Assembly (NCBI RefSeq): GCF_036321535.1
Contig: NC_087451.1
Coordinates: 54,622,001-54,686,000 of the forward strand
Direction: 5' to 3'
DNA: 64,000 bases
Origin: Camelus dromedarius
Lineage: Eukaryota
Shown here piece after piece: positions 59,791-64,000 of this stretch. Under the pieces are notes generated by a model. That model ran no database searches and was not told where the DNA came from. It saw only the letters and a list, made by a program, of their open reading frames with translations. The position numbers and the translations under genes were made by a program. Each line of letters begins with the position of its first letter. Position 1 is the first letter of the stretch.

Positions 59791-60399
59791 TCTCTGCCAA
59801 TTTTCCTGATATCTAGGTGGCCAAACCCGCAGGAGGAAACTGAGGCCTGGAGAGGGGGCGTGTTTTTCGGCCGGGCCTCCAGGGAGAAACTGGTGGTAAT
59901 GAGGCGTGTAATGAGGTGGCTGAGAGCCTGGGCTCTGCCGGCCTACAGACTTGAGCTTGAATCTGAGCTGCCGCTAGCTGTGGCACCCTGACAAGTTCCT
60001 TAGCTTGCAGAACGGGAAGCTTTTCAGAAACAGTCAAGCTGAGACCTGGAGGATAAGGGATCAGTTAAGGGAAGATAGGGGAGGGAGGGAGACAAATGTT
60101 ATATTCCAGGGAGAGAAAACTGTGGATGTGGTGGGCCAGCCCTGAGTGACTAAGGGCTTGGCCAACTAGGATGAAAGGACAGAGGATACTGCAAAGGGGA
60201 TGGAAGCGGCTTCCCTTTTCTCCCCACCCTTACTCCCTTATTCCAGCACCCCTACTTTCTGGATCTGGTTCCCACTGAGGAAGGAGTTGGGGTACAAAAA
60301 GATGGACAAAGATGTGAAGGAGCCTCTTCCCCAGGTAGACCTCTCCTGGGAATGGGAGTCTGCCAACCATCTGCTCTCTCTGAGAAGCTCATTCATTCT

Positions 60400-60960
60400 C
60401 GTGCATTCAGAAGCAGCGTGCTGAGCCCAACCTCTGCGCCAGGTCCCATGCCAGGAGCTGGGGACTTGACTGCCAACAAAGCAGAGATGGTCCCAGCTTT
60501 ACAGAACTCACAGCCCGAAGGGGGAGATGTTGGTCAAAATAACCTCATAAGTATATAGACACCAATTCAAGAGTGCTGTGAGAGGGACCTGACCTGGTCT
60601 GGGAGCCAGAGGAGGTATCTCTGGGGAGTGACCTTTTGCTGAGAACTACAGGGTGGGTAGGAGTTAATTAGGGTGTGGGTTGGTGAGGCAGGGAGGGAGC
60701 TAGGGAAGAGAGAACAGCATTCCAGAAACAGCACGTGCAAAGAACCTAAGGCTGGAAAGGTGCCTGGTCCTCAAAGGAACTGGAAGGAAGCCAGGGTAAC
60801 CAGAGCATAGAGAAAGGGGGTGTGGTGGGCGTGGAACTCAGACTCACGTCCCACAATGCCTAGTGGTCATAATATTAAAACAATTAGTCTGGACATCAGG
60901 GGCGAGAGGAGTGATGGAGACTTGGAGCAGAGTGGTGGGCATGGTGAAGTGGGTGGACTC
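60400..60960 (-). mobile_element. L2 fragment
   Basis: tcattcattc...gtgctgagcccaacctctgcgccagg...gaacagcattccagaaacagcacgtgcaaag. Confidence 0.65.
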
Positions 60961-62906
60961 AGGAGACATTTGGGAAGCAGAGTCCGTTGTTGGATGGGTG
61001 GGATGTAGGGCTGGGGCCATTATGCCTCCTGCTTATCAGTTCCCAGAATGCTTTCCCAGAAACTTTGTCAGGCTGCTGTCCCGAGCTTCATTTTGTAGCT
61101 GAAGAAATAAGAAAACCCACTGGCAAGTGTAACCCTTTCTCCAGATCAGCCTTCTCGATGCTGGGCCATTGGTCTCTGGCTCACAAGCCTTCTATTCCTC
61201 ACCCTAGTGCCCTGTGGGTTAGTTCAGCTTTCCCCACCTAGCACCGGACTGGGTAGGGGGCATCCAAGAGGCCAAGGTGGTGTGTGGGTGTGTGTCACAC
61301 TTATCCCAAGAGGCTGCTCTGCTGTTAAATGAAGTAATGCATGTTAAGCGTGCCTGGCCTATAGTAAGGGCTGAACAAATACTAATTACTGCTGTGACTG
61401 TTACTACGTCCCCCAGTGCAAGGCCAGACCCATGGTGGGGGAGGATCTGGGGCCAAAGGCAATGGCATCTGTCCTCTTCTGACCACAGAAGCCCAGCCCA
61501 GAAACCATCTCAGCTCCACCATGGACAGAAGCCAGGGGAGGTGGTTTGTCCCCACAGAGCCACCATCCCCTCCACCCTTCTAGCTGCCTCTGGGGCATCA
61601 TGGGCTGGATTAGGGAGAGGTTCATCTCTTAGGCAGGGTGAAGGGATGACCTGGGTAGGTTGAACAGGGCCTGGGGTGAGGGGGTGGGTGGTTTCAGGGG
61701 TGGAGCTGAGAACCTCTCCCTGCAGGGAGCCCCATGTGCCCTTGGGGAGACTTTCGGAATCTGCCAAGACCTGCCCTGGGAGGGGACATGGTCTCAGCTT
61801 GACTGGGACTGTGCACTCCCCTGAAAGAAACAAATGAGTGCACCTGTTGTCTCTGCTCAGGTGGTCAGACAACAGGAAGGACTTTCAGAGAGCCATTCCC
61901 AAAGTGCTCCCCCTGTCTCCTCTGAAATGAGGAGTGCAGAGTCAGAGGATGGATATGATGATTTTGGAGAGAAGTCATTGTAAGCATTCTCTTGCCTTTA
62001 AGAATGACTGCCTCTAACACAATCTAGTCTGAAAAAGGGCTCTGGCCTCGGTCTAGAACTCCTTGAACAACCAAAGCGAGACTCTTCCTAAGGTCCCACA
62101 GTTGCTCTGTCCTGCAGAAGAGCCTGCTTTTCTATAGGAGATGAGAAGGGTGATCCTGGGGCCTGGTTGGGGGCATGGAGAATGCAGTGAGGGAGGCTAG
62201 GTGGAGGAAATGAGGGCACCCTGCCCCCTCTGGGGCTGTGAGGGAGATAAATGTGCCAAACCTGGGCCAGCAGGGGGCTCTGCCGCACGTGGGAGCTGCC
62301 TGCGTCTCTGACAAGACTGTGCATCCTTCAGGGTGCAGGCATGATTTCCTTGGAGTATGTGCACGAGAGAGCATGCAAAAACAGGGGCTTACCTCCATGT
62401 GCACACCCTTGTGTGTGTGTGTATATGTTATGGGTGGTGTGTAAGCATATATAGGCATGGAAAAGATGTGTGCTGAGGGGGGTCGGGCCTCAGGAGTCAG
62501 GAACCCCTCCCACGTAGCCTAGCTTTGGCTAGGAAAACTCTTCCAAGGTCCTGACACCTTGGGATGTGGCATCTCAAGAAACCGTGCATTCATAGTCCAG
62601 CCACTGATAGATGGTAGGTCCTCATGCCGAGGACCTACTGTGTGCGAGATTTAGACATCCCTGGCAGCCTAGAGCTCCCCCTGTGTGGGGACTACTAGGG
62701 TCCCAAAGATGACAACAGGGGCTCTGAGAAGGCACAATGGAGAAGGGTGGGAGGGAAAGGGCTTCCTGGCAGGAGGTACCCAGCTGTCCTGGGCAACCTC
62801 TGTGGGCAGGGCCTGCTCCTGGGCCCCAAGGGAAGACCTGTACATTTGTTCCATCTTCTTTCAACAATATTTATATTTTCTCATTTGAATTCTGACTCTG
62901 CCATTT

Positions 62907-63760
62907 TTTTTAGTACGTAGTAAAATATACACAACTTAAAATTTATCATTTTTTGAGAGAGGAATAACTCAGTGGTAGAGTGTGTACTTAGCATGCACAA
63001 GGTCCTCTGTTCAATCCCTGGTACCTCCATCAAAAAATAAAAAAGGGAAAGAATAAATACACTTTAAAAAATGCTCTCTGGTTAATATTCAATAANNNNN
63101 NNNNNNNNNNNNNNNNNNNNNNNNNNNNNNNNNNNNNNNNNNNNNNNNNNNNNNNNNNNNNNNNNNNNNNNNNNNNNNNNNNNNNNNNNNNNNNNNNNNN
63201 NNNNNNNNNNNNNNNNNNNNNNNNNNNNNNNNNNNNNNNNNNNNNNNNCCCCCAGCCTTTGGCAGCCACCATTCTGTTTCTTGTCTCTGCGAATCTAGGT
63301 ATCTNNNNNNNNNNNNNNNNNNNNNNNNNNNNNNNNNNNNNNNNNNNNNNNNNNNNNNNNNNNNNNNNNNNNNNNNNNNNNNNNNNNNNNNNNNNNNNNN
63401 NNNNNNNNNNNNNNNNNNNNNNNNNNNNNNNNNNNNNNNNNNNNNNNNNNNNNNNNNNNNNNNNNNNNNNNNNNNNNNNNNNNNNNNNNNNNNNNNNNNN
63501 NNNNNNNNNNNNNNNNNNNNNNNNNNNNNNNNNNNNNNNNNNNNNNNNNNNNNNNNNNNNNNNNNNNNNNNNNNNNNNNNNNNNNNTATTTGAGTCTCTG
63601 CTTTCACTTCTTTTGGGTACATGGCCAGAAGGGAAATTGCTGGACCATATTATAATTCTATGTTTAATTTTTTGAGTAACCATCATATCGTTTTCCACCA
63701 TTCTGCAGTCCCACCAGCAAGGCACAAGAGTTCCAATTTCTCCACATTCTTGCCATCAGC
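62907..63760 (-). mobile_element. L1 (L1MA/MB-like) 3' fragment, partly N-masked
   Basis: Minus-strand translation CWWDCRMVEN...KIKHRII...YPKEVKAETQ resembles degenerate L1 ORF2 C-terminus; ccaccagca...gagttccaatttctccacattcttgcca motif. Confidence 0.8.
62955..63050 (+). mobile_element. Vic-1-like SINE inserted within an older L1 fragment
   Basis: gagagaggaataactcagtggtagag...gttcaatccctggtacctcca + A-rich tail. Confidence 0.8.
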
Positions 63761-64000
63761 AAGTAATTTTTGAGAGCATACTATGTACAAAGCACTCTAG
63801 CGGTACAGATACATTTCTGAAAATTCAGTAGGTGTTGTCCTTAGGAAGCTCTCAGTCTACCAAGGAGACTCGGGTCAGGCCCTTGAGCAATCTCCAATCT
63901 GAGGGTAAAGACACAGGCCAGGATGTCTGGGAGACTCTGGACTAATACAGGCAAACAACAACCACAGCCAAAAAAGCAAACCCCTGCTCTCAGGGAGCCC

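Noticed and set aside
49451-64000. ARHGAP23 exon 2 (LPLGPRDG...GFGFTLRHF)
   Set aside because: No matching sequence in the ORF track or by eye; presumably beyond the window.
1-64000. CRISPR arrays, operons, prophage or defence systems
   Set aside because: Spliced mammalian DNA; no regularly spaced direct repeats or dense prokaryotic ORFs.

Overview
Mammalian genomic DNA, most likely a camelid (alpaca/llama/camel), inferred from a tRNA-Ala-derived Vic-1-like SINE. Two genes are recognisable, both on the + strand. (1) SOCS7 is essentially complete (~3.1-33.2 kb): CpG-island promoter, visible coding exons 1, 2, 3, 6, 7, 8, 9 with consistent splice phases, exons 4 and 5 hidden in N-gaps, and a non-coding terminal exon of ~5.7 kb ending at AATAAA 33214. 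(2) The 5' end of ARHGAP23: first coding exon [21 protein letters not shown] at 49388-49450 in a CpG island, plus a candidate upstream alternative first exon at ~41.1-41.25 kb; exon 2 was not found in the window. The rest is intron/intergenic DNA rich in MIR, L2, L1, CR1 and DNA-transposon relics. I found no prokaryote-type system and no novel protein family. The best leads are regulatory: an alternative MEQ first exon with a uORF, a candidate poison exon in SOCS7 intron 6, convergent CTCF motifs bracketing SOCS7, a tandem octamer element, and a 3'UTR intron only 30 nt past the stop. Comparisons with human proteins and repeat consensi are from memory, not from a search.
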